Source of the DNA: Phoronis australis
Taxonomy: Eukaryota > Animalia > Phoronida
Direction: 5' to 3'
Assembly (NCBI GenBank): GCA_002633005.1
Contig: NMRA01000037.1
Span: forward strand, 248,001-312,000
DNA: 64,000 bases
The notes beneath the pieces were generated by a model. That model was not told where the DNA came from and made no database searches. It worked only from the letters and a program-made list of their open reading frames with translations. A program made the position numbers and the translations under genes. Positions 61,436-64,000 of this stretch are shown here, piece after piece. Position 1 is the first letter of the stretch. Each line of letters opens with the position of its first letter.

Positions 61436-64000
61436 AGTATGCCCTATACCTTTGTTAGGGTAAGTTGATAACCAAATGGCAACCAATAAAACGTGCTATT
61501 TATTGTAACAAGTGTGTTGTTGTTATGAGCATTCAGTGAGTGAATGTATTCTTCAATGAATGTTTGTATTATTCATATACACTTATCTTAGTTTACCTCA
61601 GTGTCATGTAGTTGCCGTCAGAAATGAGTGCTCACTGAAAATGTTACCTCTATACATGCGGTTATCTGAAAACTGAAAAATACTCGTAAACAAGGATTAT
61701 GAAATTGTATAAAGTGCAAGAGTTGATGTCGTTGTTTTTCCCAGTTTTTTCATCGATCATTGGTCAACCTCTTCATCCCAGACTCAGTTCTGTTGTTTTT
61801 AAACAGTTGTTCTGATGTCATCACCCTCTTGAGCTGGCTAAAACTGAAAATGCAATTCATTGGGCCTTCCATTGTCATCAAACAGCCTCACAATATTCCT
61901 ATTGCCTATGACTTGAGTTGCCGACTGATTCGGCAATAATTAAAGGTGGTATGAGCATTTTTTAAATCTCCAAAGCTCTTCGGTTAAGAATTCAAAATTG
62001 ACAGCTAAACAGTGGCGAAATGCAACTTTAACTTTTTTGGCATTAGTCTGATGTAACGTGCCCGTATTTTGAGAACCAGTTTGATGCACATTATTCAGTG
62101 GAGAAAACTGGTCCTCAAAATTCGGACACATTGTATTGGGCCATTATCAATTGTTTTCTCCGCCATATTTGGTCTTCCAAAGCAACACGACGGGATTCTC
62201 ATCCTTTGTGTAATTGAAAGTGGTCACAAGAATACACCTGGAATTCCCTTGGCGGCCTTACTGCTCGGTCAGTTTAAACTAGCCCTCCGTGGCGAACAAC
62301 TTAATGAGACTTGACTGAAGCAGTAATAACTGGCAGTTCTTCTGAAGTGTAGATGTCATTTACGTCCTTGTTGATGATATTGACCTTTAGTCAAAATTTT
62401 GAATAACTAGTCCCACAGAAGTTCATCATATGCCTGGTAATACAAAATGAGCCATTTCGCTTGAGTAACAAAAAGATCTCGTCTCTCGATTGCACAGAAA
62501 CAAAATGAGAAATTTTATAATAAATCTCTTTGTGATTGAACCTGTTTTCAACAGAAGGCGCGGGTTTATTGCACCTTTGATTTGGGTATAGCTGGGCCCA
62601 CTTATTTTTGTCATGACGACGGGTGTTTCGGTTTGTACGGTATCCGTCTTTTTCTGTAGTTTTCACACAACGTGTCTGAACATACAACTGTGAGAACTGA
62701 ATGATGGCCACTGAAACTAAATAATGCAATGAGACACCTGAAGTGTAAGTTATGAAGTCCGTCATGTTCAACAAGAAACTGAAACTTACTTGGTTGCCAG
62801 TTCTGTTTCTTAAATTTCGAGTAGTTAGCTTTCAATCTACAAAGTTGGTATTTTATCAGTCTTTCTAGTGCTTCTCGAATATGGGACTGCCAATATAGCC
62901 TATTTCTAGAATTTGGGCGAAACTCAGACCTTGAGCAAAATAATAATTTTTTTCTCTGTCCCAAATTGGAGAATTTTCACCATACTATGTTTTGTGGATC
63001 TAAGACTGGGCGAGCATAGCTAGTGCGATCACCTGCTTCACTTGCATTGCATAGCGATATCTCCTCGCTTGATCTTGCATTCTCACAAGATTCTTGTGTC
63101 CACGGATGGCAGCCCTTATTGTACAAACACCCTCCTGTCAGTGAGCAGCTTTCTACTCTTTTATTCTTATGATAAAAGAGCTGGGGTCTTCGTGAACGAC
63201 ACCTGGTGAATATCAAGTCATCCATCGCTCAACTTGATTGTGCAGCCACCATTGAGAATGATGGCCAAAAGTTGAAAGACATTGCCTGTGTATTTTAATC
63301 ACTAAGTATTTTGCTCAGATTGAAATGGTTCCCACATCACGAATCTCTGCGTAGTAACCTGAAGTTATATTCATGAAAGTTACATTTACAAAACACATGC
63401 AAGAAAAATTTAATAGCTTTATTTTATAGTTTGATTTAAAGATTACAAATTTTCAGTACTCTGCAACATACAAAGGTAACAAATCGTGTCAAAACAAGTG
63501 ATCTAATTAATCTTTTTTATTACATAATCTTTACAAACTTCTGACGCCTAAAATTAAGTGCTGCTTGAAATAAAAACATTTTCTCAAAATATGAAATAAT
63601 TCAAATCGATTTGCAAGTCATGATGTTAACTGTACTGATGGCATGCCAGTTCATCAAATAATCAGTTGCGGCAATGTTTGCTTCAAGCTCTTCTTGAAAA
63701 GTTGACACCTGCGATGGGTCTACTTTCTGAACTTGAAAATCAAATAAAAAAATGACCAGTTGTATGGCACACTTCTAGTCTGAGTGTAGTCCGAGTACGA
63801 ACCATAGACCCCTTGCCCTGGTCATAACGAAATTGAAACCGACTAGTGCACGTCAAGATTCAAATCAGTACAGCAAAGTTTCCTCAAATTCCAACAAAAA
63901 TAATGGCCGAAATTCTCATTTTTTTGAACGCTCTCTGTTTTGCAAAAAATGTTCAAAATTTCATTGTGTGTTTGTTGATGACAACCACACTATATAAAGT

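Noticed and set aside
1-64000. Prokaryotic-type system (operon, defence island, prophage)
   Set aside because: All recognisable genes are spliced metazoan genes or eukaryotic transposon fragments; no long bacterial-style ORFs

Overview
AT-rich, intron-rich eukaryotic (metazoan, probably marine invertebrate) genomic DNA from a heterozygous draft assembly. I reconstructed exon chains by hand, and splice phases are consistent throughout. Six host genes: (1) last two exons of NDUFA9 (+, 45-884); (2) complete 17-exon DNAI7/CASC1 (-, 1376-19310, ~738 aa); (3) ETFRF1/LYRM5 (+, 22040-22677, 84 aa), head-to-head with DNAI7 as in vertebrates; (4, 5) two tandem DRAM/TMEM150-family paralogues (-, 23382-32695 and 38254-43425), each keeping a U12 (minor spliceosome) GT-AG intron ahead of a 32/35-nt micro-exon; (6) an SLC22A15-like transporter (+, 47001-55151, ~515 aa). 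The last ~8 kb is a transposon nest: a BEL/Pao gag fragment, a decayed P-element-type transposase and an intronless ubiquitin-specific protease (C19) fragment. Three apparent tandem duplications break exactly at single N characters and are most likely two haplotypes assembled side by side. Several MITE families are present. I see no convincing wholly new biological system. The best leads are the duplicated U12 introns, the conserved DNAI7-ETFRF1 bidirectional pair, and the USP module among transposons.
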